Below are positions 49,861 through 63,700 of a stretch of 64,000 bases of DNA, piece after piece. Made by a program: the position numbers and the translations under genes. The notes beneath the pieces were generated by a model. That model worked only from the letters and a program-made list of their open reading frames with translations, made no database searches and was not told the DNA's origin. This DNA is from Moniliella sp. 'wahieum' (Eukaryota), in assembly GCA_003971905.1 (NCBI GenBank), contig RSEE01000015.1, positions 434,001 to 498,000 on the forward strand, given 5' to 3'. Every line of letters begins with the position of its first letter. Position 1 is the stretch's first letter.

Positions 49861-51254
49861 TCAGTCGTCCGATCGTCCGTCATAAACTCCTCGTCTTCGT
49901 CCTCGTACATGGCCAAATCCTCAAACGCCACCTTGTACCGCAGCAGGCCACCAATGCCACCAAAGCCGCGGACGAATTGGTTGCCTTCGGTGGAACGGTC
50001 CGTGACAAACTCGAGGTTGGTACCAAAGTCTTTGTAGTGTTCGGCGAGCCATTCGAGCAACGGCATAGGTTCATCTACCTGCTCCAAGTCGGCGCCGGTG
50101 AGTGGGTCAATGAACCGCGACCGGTCCTTCTCTTGCTCCTTGTTGAGCATGAGCACGACCGTGTGGCCCTCGGAGTCTTTGAGTTCGTACCGCGTGATCT
50201 CCAAGTTTTCCCACACAATGAGCGTCTCGACTGCACCCAACTCGAGCGCCTTGAAAGTATCGTCGATTCCAAAGCAGTACTTGCCCGTCTCGAGGCTGAT
50301 CTCGTCAAAGTACTTTTGGATCAACTTTTTCTCCTGGACAAACTTGACGTTCTGCAGCGACTCGGACGCCTCCTCGATCGCCTGGTTGAACCCGTTCTCG
50401 CCTCCGTACGACACGTCGACGGTGCGGATGAGCTTGGCACTGAGACGGGGGTCGAAGAGATCAGACTGAGCAAGGACCGTCTTAAAGTCGGCCGAACCAG
50501 CCAAGACGAGACCAGCAACATTGCACTTATTGTCGGTGATAAAGTGTTGGGTGGCCAACTCGGCGACTTTGCGAACGTAGTTGTGCCGCGCCTCTTCACG
50601 CAGACGGGAGAAACGGACGGCGGACTGACCACCACGCCCGTGCTTCTTGGGCAAGTCGACAGAGAACTTGTGAAGAACGGTACGGGTGTTTCCAGACACC
50701 GTGCCATAGAGGGAACCGTTGCCGTCCATGATGATAAACCCAAACACAGCGTCCGACTCGAGCAGTTCCGACAGCGCTTCGGTGTGGAACTTGTTGTCGC
50801 AGAGATAGAGGGAAGTGTTGATGGGCTTGAAAGGCTCAAAGCTAAAGTTGACCTTCTTCTCCTTGCCTTCGTCGGTAAGAATCGTGCCACAGTAGACGAT
50901 GAGCCGTTGGGGGCACCTTGCTGTACAGCTTGAGACGCTGCTGGGTCGAGGTGATGGCACTGAGCACCGAGAGGCGGTTGACACGCGACTTGATGTTGGA
51001 CGCTGTGCCATACTCACCGGTGAGCATGTTGGTCGCCTGGCTGATCTGGGACTTGGGCGGGAGAATAAGACTGATCATAGAGGTACCGGCGCCACGAGCA
51101 TTGTCCAGGCTCTTGACCAGCTTCTTGATCTTCCAAATCTGAGGGACGAAGAGGGGTCAGCGAACGAGACGCAAGGCAGAGCGAGGGCAGCAAGGGGAGG
51201 GCATACCTGGATGTTGCTGTCAGCGTCCTGCCCGCTAGGGTTGGTGGTCGACAT
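49861..51254 (-). CDS. SUP45: Eukaryotic peptide chain release factor 1
   Basis: [23 protein letters not shown] and [11 protein letters not shown] motifs. Intron 51139-51206. The stop is inferred after one indel in the acidic tail. Confidence 0.97.
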
Positions 51255-51840
51255 GGTGGAAGACAGGCGGGGGAGAACCGGGTCGGGGTGGTGGTGGTGG
51301 TGGTGGTGGTGGCGAGACGAGCTAGCCACTAGGGCGCATGCCCCCACACCCCAGCACCAGCACCCAGCGCCCAGCGCCCAGCGGCCCCACCCACGCCAGC
51401 ATGCGAAGAACGGCGGGAGGCACGGCGCCAGTCTCTCGGTGTGGCTCCGCGCCCACGCGTGATGCAAAAAATTGCATTCCGCCCTTGTTCCGCTGCTTCG
51501 GACCCCCGGTCGTCCCATCCGTCAGTGGGCATGTGATGGCCGCATCACCTCGCCTGCCCTGCCGCGCTATGCCCGAGTATATACAGTTATCATCCCCTCG
51601 CCCCGCATCGACAGGCGCCCAGCCAGGCTCTCCACGCCTCGCTTATCATCTGTAGCTGTCGCCGCAGCACCGCAGAACCCTCCCCCTTCCCAGCGGCAGG
51701 TGGAAGAAGCAAGAGGGTCGCATCGCATTGGAGAGTCGCAAGGGGCGGGTCAAGTCGCGGGAGCACACGACTCCACACAATCCGGAGGACTGGGGCTGCA
51801 AAAGCAAGCAAGTGGTGGGGCACGAGGCTCAAGCGGAGCG

Positions 51841-53195
51841 TCAGTGCTTAGCCTTTGGGCCCCCACCCACACCGGATCCATCGCCAGCGCCTCCGATTCC
51901 TGCTGGGTCAAACAAAGCATCACGTCCACCTGCCCGTCCGGGTGCTTGGGGAGAAAGTACACCAGTCCCCGCACGGCGGGGAAGGTGGGCCGCCACACTA
52001 CCCTCGCAGGTCCTATCCCCAGTCCGTCCAAGCCCATCCGTAGCCCCCACACATCTGCCTTGGCCCAGGAGGAAACCATAATGTCTCCCCGCTGGGTATC
52101 GAGTGGGCCCAGGAGGTTCACCGTGTCCTTGTGAGCGGTACGGTGGATGAGCGTCGCCCAGCCGCGCGTCTGAGCGACGAGGGTGGGCTTGTCGGCCAAA
52201 CGCTGGCGCAGGTGCCAGGCCAGACGTCCCAAGGGAGCAGAGACAAGTTCGGCGGCTGGCAGAGCGTGGAGGGGGAGGTGCTCGAGCAAGCCCGGATACG
52301 ACGAAGCGACATGGAATGCGCTGCGCATGTCCACGGCGCGGGAAAGGAAGACGGGGAAGTACGCGAGGCCAAAGGAGCAGCTTGAAGACGAATGCGTGTC
52401 AACGCACCCCACACGGCTGCTGTCAGCACATCGTCAGTCGAAACCCACTGATTCTCCGCAAGGGCAAGGTGAGCTTCGCGTTTGATCCGGGCCAAATGGG
52501 GCGCAGAAAAACGAAACACGACCCAGCTCCGCTCCTCCTGGGGGCTCAGGCTCGGGCTCGGGCTTCTCCCCGCCCATATCGGCAGGAGACAAGGGGAAGT
52601 CCATCTCGGGTCCAGGACGCCAGGTGGACGGGAAAATAGGTACGACCTCCTCCCGTTTTTCCATCCCCACTGCCATTCTTCTGCGGTGAGGGGCGCGTTG
52701 CGACAGCACCGATCGAGCCAACGCAAGAGACTCGCCTGGCCCATAAGATCCGCAGTAGCATGGGAAGTGAGGGTGGTAAGGACCAGGGTATGGTCGAGGA
52801 TGGTGATCTGGGTCACCAGCGCATACTCCGGCGCGCCGGAAGGCAGGAACGTAGGATACGGACAAACCAAGTGCTCGGGGAGCGGGGTGAGACCCGAGCC
52901 GACCTGTTCCCCTCTCCGGTCCCGCAGAACCAACTGGATGCGCTGCTCGACTGGCTGGGCGTCATCCCACGACAAAAAGTAGGTTCCTGAGCGGGCGGAG
53001 GTGCCACCACGCACTTCAACTGCGCCTGTCGTCCAAGGCAAGAAATGAGCCAGGCGCACAAGCCCGGCGCGCACGATCTGCTCCACCTGGCCTGCCTCCA
53101 CGCCGGCCGGGGAAGGGAGTAGACCATGCCAGCTGGGTGTACAAGCGCAGCGAAGGCAGCTGCCCTTGGTAGTCCAGCTCCAATGACGACCTCAT
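51841..53195 (-). CDS. Trichothecene 3-O-acetyltransferase-like (Tri101/Ayt1, BAHD-type) acyltransferase
   Basis: N-terminus LDYQGQLPSLRLYTQL, catalytic HATAD (HxxxD), VSTDDVLTAAVW, IMVSSWAK, and RPTFPAVRGLVYFLPKHPDG...ALAMDPVW all parallel Tri101. Confidence 0.85.
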
Positions 53196-53972
53196 CTCTC
53201 GTCAGCTGACCTCCCGAGCCAGGTAGTGTTGACCCAACCCACAGCAAAAGACGGGTGAGATGGTAGAGACGGCCAAGATGGGACCCAGCGTTCAATTCAA
53301 GTGAGGGAGTTGCTGATCGATCATGATGTACGATGCATGATGTCTAATGCATGATACCTGCGCAACTGAATTTTCCCCACAGCAGCAAGCAACACCACAG
53401 CCGCCAAGCTTGTGGGTTCGCGCGCCGTGCGTCCCCCCCCATCGCCATCAACACGCTCGACACACGCATTAGGGGCGCTGACAGTAAGCAGCGCTAGTCC
53501 AGGCTTGGTCCCAACTTGCCTCCTCCAGTTCCCTCAAGCTACCCTTTCCCTGCGTCCTGCGTCCTGAGCCTCGGGTCTCACCAGTAGAGCCTCCATCCCC
53601 CTTTTCCCCGGCTCCTCTGAGATCTGACTAGTGAAGCTAGTAGTGACTACACACCGTACTACCTACAAATCCAGGCACCCGCAACCGAGAGCGACAGTCC
53701 AGCTAGTCCAGGTTCAAACGCAATTTTAGCTCGGCAAGAAACAAACCATCCTGCCCCGCCTTGGCCAGAGCGAGCTGGTTGGCCAATGCGGTGTTATCCA
53801 TCATCCAGGGTGCACAGGGGCGGAGGAAGCAGAGAGATCTACTGGAGCAACGGGGAAAGGGCAGGGTGGCTTGGGGACATTGCAAGTCGAAAGAAGAGAT
53901 AATCCAGAACGGTCCAGCACGCCGGATCGCATCACATCGCAGCACATCGCATCGCATCGATTCGATTGTGCC

Positions 53973-55970
53973 TTATTCGGCGCGGGGCAGGGTGAGCAAG
54001 ATGGCGTGCTGTCCTCCAGCCGAGGTAGCCAAGCTCACAGCCTGGCGTAGGGATTTGCTCGTGAGCAGTGTGGGCGTCTCGACCGTCTCCTCACCGCCTT
54101 GTCCGAGCTCCGAGTTCTGTCCCAACCCCCAGGTGTAAGCGTGGCCATCGCGAGAAACGGCGACCGAGTAGCGGGGGCCAGCGGAAACTTGGACAATGTG
54201 GCGATTGTCAGGGAAGGGAATATGAACGGGCTCGGTCAGGTACTCGTCCGGGGGAGGACCGCGTACCGGCGGCAAATCCTCCGCTGAGAGCACGCCTGCA
54301 AACGCGCCCTCGGTACCAATGTGAGCCTCTTTTTTGCTTTCATTTTGGCTTCGTAGGCCTTCAACTCTTCCTGCAACTGTACTTCGCGCTCGGCCGCCCA
54401 GGCCTCCCGTTCCTTGATCAGGGCAATTTTGGCAGGATGATCTTCGCCCAGGCCCAGCTCATTGCCGTCGCACCGTCCCGACCCCCACACCTGGCCATTG
54501 TCAAAGAGGAACAGGGTGAAGTGGGAGCCAGCGTCGATCTGAATCACTTTGGCGCCATTGTGCTTTTCAGGCAACAATGCCTCGACGAGCAAAGGCTCGA
54601 CGACTTGGTCCTCGGCCGTCTCCATGCCCAACTGACCAAACGTGTTGAGGCCCCAGGCATACACCTTGCCCGCTTCGTTGACCGCAAAGGAGTGATACGA
54701 TCCACACCCAATCGTAACAATCTTACGGAGCGCGAGCTTAGCTGGAAAAGGGCGTTGAGCTTGCGCCGCTCAATCACACGGCGACCCAACTGGGATTGTT
54801 GGCCGTTGCCCCAACTCCAAACTGTGCCCTGTTGAGAAAGAGCAAGCACGTGGTCCTCCCCGCACACCACAGCTGAAAACTTGATCTTCTCGAGACCGTG
54901 AAGCGGGCGAGGGGTGAACTGCAGCTTGGCTGCTGTCGGGGTCGGATCAAATCCAAGCAGGCCATCATTGCTCTGAAAAGAAGGAAACCCAAAAACAAAA
55001 AAATCAGGAAACAGTTAGTTAGTTCATTCCATCAGTAGCCCGCCAGCTCGACCCGGTGCTCCCGATAGCTACCACGTACCCGGAAAGACCCCAGACGCGC
55101 AACTCGCCAGCCTCATTCAGAGCGACGGAGCACGAGTTAGAAGCGGCGACACGAGTAGCACGGAACTTCTCCACCTTGCCCACCTTTCCGCCATCGGGAC
55201 CGTCGCCGCCAATCACGCCCTCGCCCGAAGGCGACATGGCCTCAACAGGGGTGGGCACAGTTTCGAATTCTTCCGAATCGCGCTCCGGATCGCGTGTGGT
55301 GCTACGGCCCAGCGCAGCATTGTCGTTAATCCCCCACGTCCATACCTGTCGTAACGCGTAAGTAGGAGAAACGAGTCAGTAAGTCAATTCAGAGCCTGAT
55401 CTGGAACCTGCTACGATTCGTCGATGAAAGATGGAAGGGTAGCACGTACCGTGCCATTTGAGTCGAGGGCGAGCGTGTGAAGACCGCCGGCAGCAACCTG
55501 TTCCAACCCATGCGGACCGAGCTTTCCTTCTGCCGTCTTCTCTTGAACCCACGCATGGACCCGCGGGCGCTGAATTTCATCCAGAGCATCGGTGCCCAGT
55601 CCGAGCTGGCCCATATCCCCGTTGCCCCAGATGAAGAGGGAACGGGTGGCTTGCGTGCCTTCGGCCGGCTTTGCCGCGTGCAGGTGGGTGGGGGCGGGAA
55701 AGGGGGAAGGAGCCGGGTTGGAAAATCCTGACTTGACCACGCGGGGTTTCTTGGTGGGCTGTGCTTGGGCTGGCGCGGGGCTGGACTCGCGCTTGGCTTG
55801 CTTGGCTGGTCAGCACCTTCGTCCGGGGTGGCCGAGCGTGGACGCTTGGCGCGCTTAGCCGTGCCATTGGTCTCGGTCGAAGCCGTTCCAGTGGGAGCAG
55901 CGGCGGTGGGTGCAGACGCCGCGTCTTTGGACGACGGCTTGGGGGCAGCACGGGCGCGTCTGGGTGCCAT
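53973..55970 (-). CDS. RCC1-family Ran guanine nucleotide exchange factor (Srm1/Pim1)
   Basis: Repeated blades WGNGDMGQLGLG, VAAGGLHTLAL, TWGINDNAALGR, WGNGQQSQLGRR, WGLNTFGQLG, TWGLGQNSELG and SAGGQH. Basic N-terminal tail. Two introns near 55345-55449 and 54975-55078. Confidence 0.92.
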
Positions 55971-58311
55971 GTTGAGAGGGGGAACGCGTAAGGTGCCTAG
56001 GTGGTGGTGGAAAGGCAGCGTCACGCCCGTAAGCCGAAGCAACACTTTTTGTTGGCCCAGAAATCGACGGCCGACGATGCTGAGGGCAGCTTGGGGGCAG
56101 TGTCAGGCAGCAACCCTAACGATTCCAGGCTGGCTTCCCCTGCTGCTCGTCTAAATCCTGGTTGTTTTTGCTTGGTTCAACGGGACAGCAGTAAACCCCG
56201 TCGGGGCCATCGCTAGCAGCGGTGCCGGGGACTGGCTGTGAACCTGTGGGGTGCCCCACCTCCAGGGGCAGGATCTATGGCGGTATACAAAAGAAGCAGC
56301 CGCTCTCTTTCTTCTTCTCCCGCAGACATCCTTCAAGCTTCGTCCTTCCCCGGGTGGGAGGTTAGCAGGTTGCAACATTGAGACCTACTGCTGCTTACCT
56401 CACCCCAGTGGATTATCGATTACTCTCTATGCGCCCAGCGGCACGTGGGGTGGAACAGCGGATGCAAGTTGTGGAGGCGCGTCGAGACGGGCGTAGGGCT
56501 CTGCGGCGAGACGTACACCACCACCAAGTACTGATGGACGTTGTTGAAGATGTTGAGGCAGGTTGCTGCGTCCCAGGGCAAATGCAGGTCCTGACTTCAC
56601 TCCTAGCAAAAAACCATTCGCCAACGGCTGCATCAGCCCTTTCCAGCTCGGGGCGAATGCCATGCGTGATTGAAGAGCAGTGTATCATTCGACGGTTCTG
56701 AAGACCTAGGTCCGGGTGAGGCGGCAGTAGGCACAGACGCATTTGTACTTGGATCGGTCGGCCCGAATTGAAGCCGCCTGCTCGTCTGCCCTGGACGAGC
56801 GGCTTGGGGCGCGATGGCAGCAGGTAGCGTTCTAACGTTCAAGCCATTCAACCTGGCACAGGGGACTACGGACTGCCACGGACGCAGCGAGTGGTAGATG
56901 GCCATGTGACGAAAAGGTTTAAGCAGAACAAGGTCCGGCGGTGTCCTCTCTTTGTGTGGCACGGTGTCGTCGGAGGGGACAGCGGTCTGAGTGAATGTGA
57001 AGTGGGATCGACTCCTCCGCGTCGACACATCCATGCGCCGGCGATGCACATCCCGAGCCACTTTCTGCTGCAAAAGATACCGTGGGTTTCAAAAGGGTCC
57101 ATAGTTGTGTGCCGGTCTCTGCGCTAATCGTATTCTGTGCCGCCCTCCTTTGACCCAAAGCGCTGCCGTCCCCTTTTTGGGACAGCACACACGTTCTACC
57201 TCACTAATTGAAGCGCAGCCTGCCTAAAAAATGACGACGCGCAGGTACTATGCCATCAAGAAGGTCACCGAGATGTTTGTTGGGGTACTGGAACAATCTT
57301 ACTGAAGTCTCACTTTTTGGATATCGTTCATCGTCCATCGAGTTCATCGCTCGCATGTCTACCGCGCTCATTAATCATTCGTATCCACTCGCGCTGAATC
57401 CTGTTTGGAAGCGAATGGTCGGAGACAGAGGGCCTGACCTGCTATCGAGTCCATTTTCCTCTCGAACGGGTTGGCGCGAAAAGGCAGCACACGCCAGATG
57501 AGCGAGTCTCTGATAGGCGCAGCGTTTCTTTATCGGCTGAGTCTCAGCCTTACGCTTAAGCTCGTCTGGAAATGACACGAGTACAGCAAAAGGGAGCTTG
57601 AGTTTTGGCAGCTGATGCGCTCATGCATCATGTGACACGGGTATCTGAGATCTGGGATCTGAGTATAGGCATACTGGTGACGGGATGGTGGGAAGGAGGT
57701 GGTGAGAGTGGGGCTGAAGCTACTAAGATGCCAGATTCATTCCAGATTCATATTCCTTCAACGACATTACTGAACTTGCTATCCCCTGCTACAGGCTTGG
57801 CTGGCGCGGCGCCGAACGGCGCCGAACTGCAGCCGCAGTGCTGCCCCTGCTGCCCCCGTGCGTCGACCGAGCTTCGGCACAAGGTCAGCGCCCGGGCATT
57901 TTGAAATCGCACTACTCGGGACAACGGCTGGCGCCGCAAGCGCGGAGACTGTCGCCGTGCGCAGAATATGAGACGCGGCGCGCTATCGGGCCAGTGGGAT
58001 CGGAATGCCCAACCACGCTGCTGGTGTGGAGCACCGCGCACTGCGCCAGTGTCTCCTCGCCCGTCTCTCAGATCTTACCCGGCGCCAGCCGACCCGAGTA
58101 CTGAGCATCTGAATCTGAGGCCCGAATCGTGACGCTTGAAGCTTGGAGCTTGAATCGTCGGCGCTGGGGGGTGGGAGTATGATTGGGGGTGTGAAGAGTG
58201 TATATATCCCCAGTCCGCTATTACGCGTCCAATCTCTCCCGTGCCAACCGCTGGCTACTATCACCCCCTCTCTCCTTCGCCAACCAACGTCTTCTTCTCC
58301 TTTCGGCGGCA

Positions 58312-59975
58312 ATGCGTGTTCGCTCTCAACTGCTCCACCTGCTCGTCGCCGCGCTTGCAACGGCCTCGGCGGCACTAGCCCTGCCCTCGCAGCAACTGCG
58401 TTGCAGGATCCGCCAACAGTGTCACACGACATCCACATTCCCTCTACTCCTTCCGCGGCCTCGCCCGCCTCAGCCGTCGCGACGGCTGACGTGATCATCT
58501 GGGTGCTGGCGTGTCCGGGATTGCAGCTGCGACGGAACTCATCAAGCACAACGTGACCGACATTCTCATCCTCGATGCGCGCCCCGAGGTGGGTGGGCGC
58601 GCGTACCGCGAATCGCTGACCGACCCAACGACCGGCCGCACGCTGTATATTGAAAAGGGCGGCAACTGGATCCAAGGTGTTGGACGAGAACAGATTGCGG
58701 CGCTGGCAGATAAGTGGGGCCTCAGACAGTGCAGCAAAATTATGGCAAGCGCGACTTTTTCGATGGCAAGTGGAGTGTCGATGAAGATGAAGCGGCACCA
58801 GGTCCACGGGGTCGGTGGTTGGAAGAAACCGACGAGGCATTGAGTTTTGCGCCTCAATTCGATGAGACGATGGCGCGGGTGCGCAAGTACGCCAAGCGCC
58901 GGATCAAATCGAGCCAGGTGGATATCTCCACCCGGGCCGGGTTTAGCATCAAGGACTGGCTCCCGCGTTCTCCGCTGGAAAAGGTATACGAGTGGTTCCA
59001 CACCGACTTTACCTATGCCCAGCCTCCCGAACTGTGCAGTCTGCACAACACCTTCTCCTTTTCCGAGGAGCCTGAGCACGACCGGCTTGTGGTCGATCAA
59101 CGTGGGTTCAAGTACATTTACGAGCAACTGCGCGAAGCGTTTGGCGTGGAGGAGCTTACCTCGGATCCGCGTCTTTGGCTCAACACCACCGTCAGCAACA
59201 TTGATTACTCGCGCGATTCGCCCCGCATTAGTACTAGCCAGGGCACGTTTGTGCTCGCAAGCATGTCATTGTCACGTTCAGCATTGGTGTCTTGCAAGAC
59301 AACATGGTGACTTGGACCCCGCGCTTGCCCAACTGGAAAAAGGAAGCGATCTATACATTTGGTATGGCGCTCTACCAAAAGATCTTCCTCCTTTCCCGCG
59401 CAAGTTTTGGCGTGACACCCAGTTCCAGTTGTATGCCGACCCCGAGGAGCGGGGGCGGTACCCGCTCTGGCAAAATCTCAACCACGAAGGATTCTTTGAC
59501 GGCCCATCAAGGCTGGGCGACGTTCGTGACCAATGTGGATGCCGAAGCTCGTCGGGTTGGCGCCATGCCGGATGCCGAGGTGAAGCAGGAAGTGATGATG
59601 AAGTTGCGGGAAATGTATGGGGACGATGTACCTGAACCGCTGGACATGGTCATTCCTCGCTGGGATCAGGACCCGCTCTTCCGTGGCTCTTACTCCAATT
59701 GGCCCTGGGTCAATTGGACCAACATCATTCCAACCTCCGTCAGCCCGTGGGGAACAATGCGATTTTCTTTACGGGTGAGGCCAACTCGGGGGCCATGTTC
59801 GGTACTACCAAGGAGCTTGGTCGGAAGGGAGACACACAGGCCGGGTGGTGAGTCGGTGCGTCAACACGGGCCGATGCCCCCGCAGTGTTGTGTACGAGCA
59901 CATTCACACTGTGAGCAGAAGCCCATCGTCAGCCGTTCGCTCATGGGCCTACAGATGGATCAGGATGATCTGTGA
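58312..59975 (+). CDS. Secreted FAD-dependent polyamine oxidase-like amine oxidase
   Basis: Signal-peptide-like MRVRSQLLHLLVAALATASAALA. Dinucleotide fold DVII(L)GAGVSGIAAA...DARPEVGGR, then IEKGGNWIQGV, VVDQRGFKYI, FSIGVLQ and IPRWDQDPLFRGSYSNWP. Confidence 0.88.
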
Positions 59976-60732
59976 TGCGCAAACCTGTTGTTACTGCCGC
60001 CTTCTTGATCTTCTCTTACTCTCTTTTCTCATTCTCATTCTCATGACGGCACCTCCCGTTCACGCACAGAGAGTAAGATGCCAATCACGCTCTCTGTCAT
60101 ATGCATAAACCCCCCTTCGGCCAGCATTGCGCTCGCATCCGTCCTCCCTGATGGGGAACCATGTACATACCATATCCCAATCTATTCAAGTTCACAATGT
60201 TTCTTTTTAGGCCTCAACTTCCTCAACTCCCTCTGGTTCCACCCCAAAACGATTACTGGCGGTGGCACACCCCCGATGAATTCTCGCAATTCGTAGCAGA
60301 TCCTTTCCAGGGAAGGACCCAAGATCAACAATTCGATACACATCCCAATTTATTCTCTGTGCACGTACGGAGGCGCTTTAGGTCGGGGGCCTCTTATCTT
60401 TTTGCTGACATCCCATCCTTTTGCATGACCAATGAAATCGCCACAAAATCGAAAAGAGTAGCGAGAGAATAGGGAAAGAATGCAGTGCAAGGGAAGAAGA
60501 ATGGTATGATAAGTGTTTAAAAAGGACAGACAATGAGGGAGTGGAAGATGTGCAAGAAGGGAAACGGAACAAAACAATGCCTTGTAGCATTTTCTTATAG
60601 AGTTCGGGGGGTTAAGGGAGGAAGAGACACGACAAAAATGAGAATGGAAAGGAGCAGGTGTGTAGACAACGCATTGATTGCACTGTGCGGGGAGGAAAGC
60701 CAGGAAAGGCCCAAAATGCCGAATAACTTAGA

Positions 60733-63700
60733 TCACAGCTGAGGCTTGAGCCTCCGCTGCGACGACGGTTGCGGTGGCAAGGAGGCGTACTGAGGGAAGG
60801 GGTGAGAGGGCATCCCCATTCCCACACCCATGCCCATGCCCATACCCATGCCCATTCCCATGCCCATACCCATCCCCATACCCATCTGCTGTTGAAGAAG
60901 GGCATGCTGGTACGCATGGTGCTGCTGCGCCTGGTGGTGCTGGAACTGCATCTGGGGAAAAGGAGCTAAGGGCAAAGATGGTCCCGGCATGCCCATGGCC
61001 ATTGGGCCCATCGGACTTGCCCACCCAAACTCTCGCATCGAGGACGAGGGCATCCCGCCAAACCCGCCCGGCGCAGAAACAAGGGACGTATGGCGAGTAC
61101 GTCGGGGCTGCTGGTCCTCCCTCTGGTGGAGGCGGACGAGGGGGTTTCCTCCTGGACCGAACGTGGAGCGACGTGGGCCAGGGCAACGTCCTGACGGAGA
61201 TCGATCAAAGGAGCGATGGGAAAGCTAGGAGACCGGTGTGGGAGCTGGGCACCCGGCGTGGTGCTGCCCCTGCGCGTACGGGGCGTGGGCGACTGGGCCC
61301 TGTGCGCACCCGAGGGAGACCGAAACGAAGCGGGAGAAACAAGAGCTGAGTCTGAAGGTGTGGCAGGCTGGGGCGGAGTGGTGGTGCTACCACTGGTGCC
61401 GGATCCCCTTCCCAACGCCGAACCTGGACGTGAACCAGGACCGGCGCCGGAGATCCGAGTGTCCGACGCAGACGAAGGGGCGGTACGACCTGTCCCAACT
61501 CGCGCATGGGATCCGGCAAACACCTGTGCGGGCGCGCGGGCCGAAGCGTGACCTGCGCCATAGGTGGGATCCAGAAGGGTATGGGAAGTTCGATTGCTCT
61601 TCCTCCGTTGACGACTCTGGCGAAGCAAGTTTTTGTGGGCTTCGTGCAACTGAGCCTGTCGAACTTCGGGGTCGGTTTGATGTGGGTGCCGGTGCTGGTG
61701 CGCGGGCCCACTGAAACGGAGGGGAGAAGGGTTACGTTGGTGTTGGTACCGATCTGGCAAAGTGGTATGCAGGGTATGATCCGTGGTGGAGGTGGACTGG
61801 ACGGGATCTTGCGTACCTGGTACAGGGGAGAAGGGGCGCCCATCGATTGCACTGCCAGACTGGGACGGGCGGGAAGTGTGGGACAGGTAGGGCTTAGGCT
61901 TGGGACTGGGCTTGGGTTGAGACCCAGTGGAAGCGCGAGCACGGTGAGGGCTAGGAGAAGTGCGGGCGGTAGAAACAGTGGATCCAGGTGCGGAAAAGGG
62001 GGCGAGACTCGTCTCACTACCTTTTCCCGTCCATAACGCCGACAAGGTCGTTCCTCGTCCGAGTCCGACTCGATGGGGCTTCGGGCACCGTACCAAATTC
62101 GGACATTACCTCGCTCCTGCGATGAGATAGGCGACCAGCAGGCCGGCCAGCCACCAAAGGGACCGAGGTAGAACGTGGGATGCACGACCGCATGGGGCTC
62201 ACATTGTCTTCCTCCCCGCTGGGGAATCGAGGGACAAAGGCGACGGTTTGCGCGGTGTAGCGGGGGCGGTCTGCTCGACAGACAACTTGGATGGGAAGAC
62301 AGTACCCATAGACACTGAGCTAGACACAAGCGAATGCGTCGACTGTCTCCGATTGGACATGGGCATGGGCGTGGACAGAGGCAGAGATGGAGTCACCGTC
62401 TTATCCCCATCGTCGTCGTCCTCGGGTGCAGCAAACCGGGGCAGCCATGGTGCTGAACGGCGTTTGGAGGCAGTCGAACCCATGGTGATCGTTGATGCGG
62501 TGGAACATCGTTTGTCCGAGGCAGAGAGCTCCAATGGAGCAAACACATCGGAATCGGGAGTAGCCACGCGCTCTGGTACCTCCGAAACAGGACCCACGAA
62601 GGCGAGGGACAAACGTTTTATCTTCTTTGGCGTTTGGGTGAAGCTGGTGGACAAAGCGGGCTGGCTAAGCCGACGCCGGCGGAAAGGCGATTCGGGGGCT
62701 GGAGAGGCTGATCGGGAGGGCGCAAGAGAAAGAGCCGACAAGGACGTTGACGGCCAGGCTGGTTTCGACTGGCGGACGAGGAATGGTCTCGGGTTCTGGG
62801 GTAGTGGGCGCAACCAGCGCTTGCATCCGGGGACTAAAAGAAAAGGATACTTTGCCTGGCCTTGCGTTCACCGAGCGGGTGATCAACTCCTGGCCGTCGG
62901 ATCCAACAACCCATTCGCAGCACCGGTCTTTAAACGATGGGCGGGCGACCCAGCGCGCCAAGCCATGCGATGGGTCAGGGACTGTGGTGGTAGGCAAGAC
63001 GACGGCTGGGGAAGCAAGTGCTTCCGCCTTGGCTCGCATGCCTGCCCGCCCAGCCAAACCGACAACTGCCGGGGGCAGCAGATCGCGACCATACCGGATC
63101 TGAAGTGGGGCGATTTCCTGAGCTTGGGGACGAGAGAAGGATGTCATGGTCGGATTCAAGAGACGAACGAGGATGGAAGACCGACCGAGCGCGGCACGGA
63201 GGTGCCGGGAAGCACCATGGGCACTTTCATGGACCTGAACGGCGCGCGATGGGTTCATACTCCGTGGGAACATCAGGTCGGTCACCAAACCGTTTGTAAC
63301 GAATTGGGTTGCGGTGAGCATAAGTGCTTGCATGTGAGCTCACGGATCCTGAATGAGCCACGATCGCGGCCATCACATGAGTCCCCAAGCTAGGTGGTGC
63401 TTCCGTCCCGGCCCGGGTCGTCAAGTTGGGCTCCTCCACTGCAGCGAGCGCCTCTTTGAGTGCAACGGCAATCCGAGGCTGGAGCTTGAGCAAGGTACAG
63501 TTGTACAGAGCCCTCTTGGCGCCTGAGTCGAGTACGGAGAGTACGTCGGGCGCGGCTTGTGGGGAAGTGGGAGGATATGGGACACTTGCTCTCCGTTCTT
63601 GGGTGGACGTAAGAGGGGATCGAACTCTTTTGAATACTGCTGCTGAAGCTAGGCCCGACGCGCGGGGACTCCTGATACCAGGAGAATTAGGTCGAGCGGG

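Noticed and set aside
49824..50933. Long antisense ORFs (here, and at 4454-5767, 38260-39411 and 62248-63393)
   Set aside because: Shadow ORFs of GC-rich coding genes on the opposite strand.
49861..51254. Possible eRF1 variant or altered genetic code explaining broken ORFs
   Set aside because: TASNIKS, YxCxxxF and GGQ motifs are canonical, and the ORF breaks are frameshifts rather than reassigned stops.
56111..56120. AACCCTAAC, a possible telomerase RNA template in a long intergenic region
   Set aside because: A 9-mer permutation of the TTAGGG repeat is expected a few times by chance in 64 kb, and no convincing pseudoknot or other support was seen.
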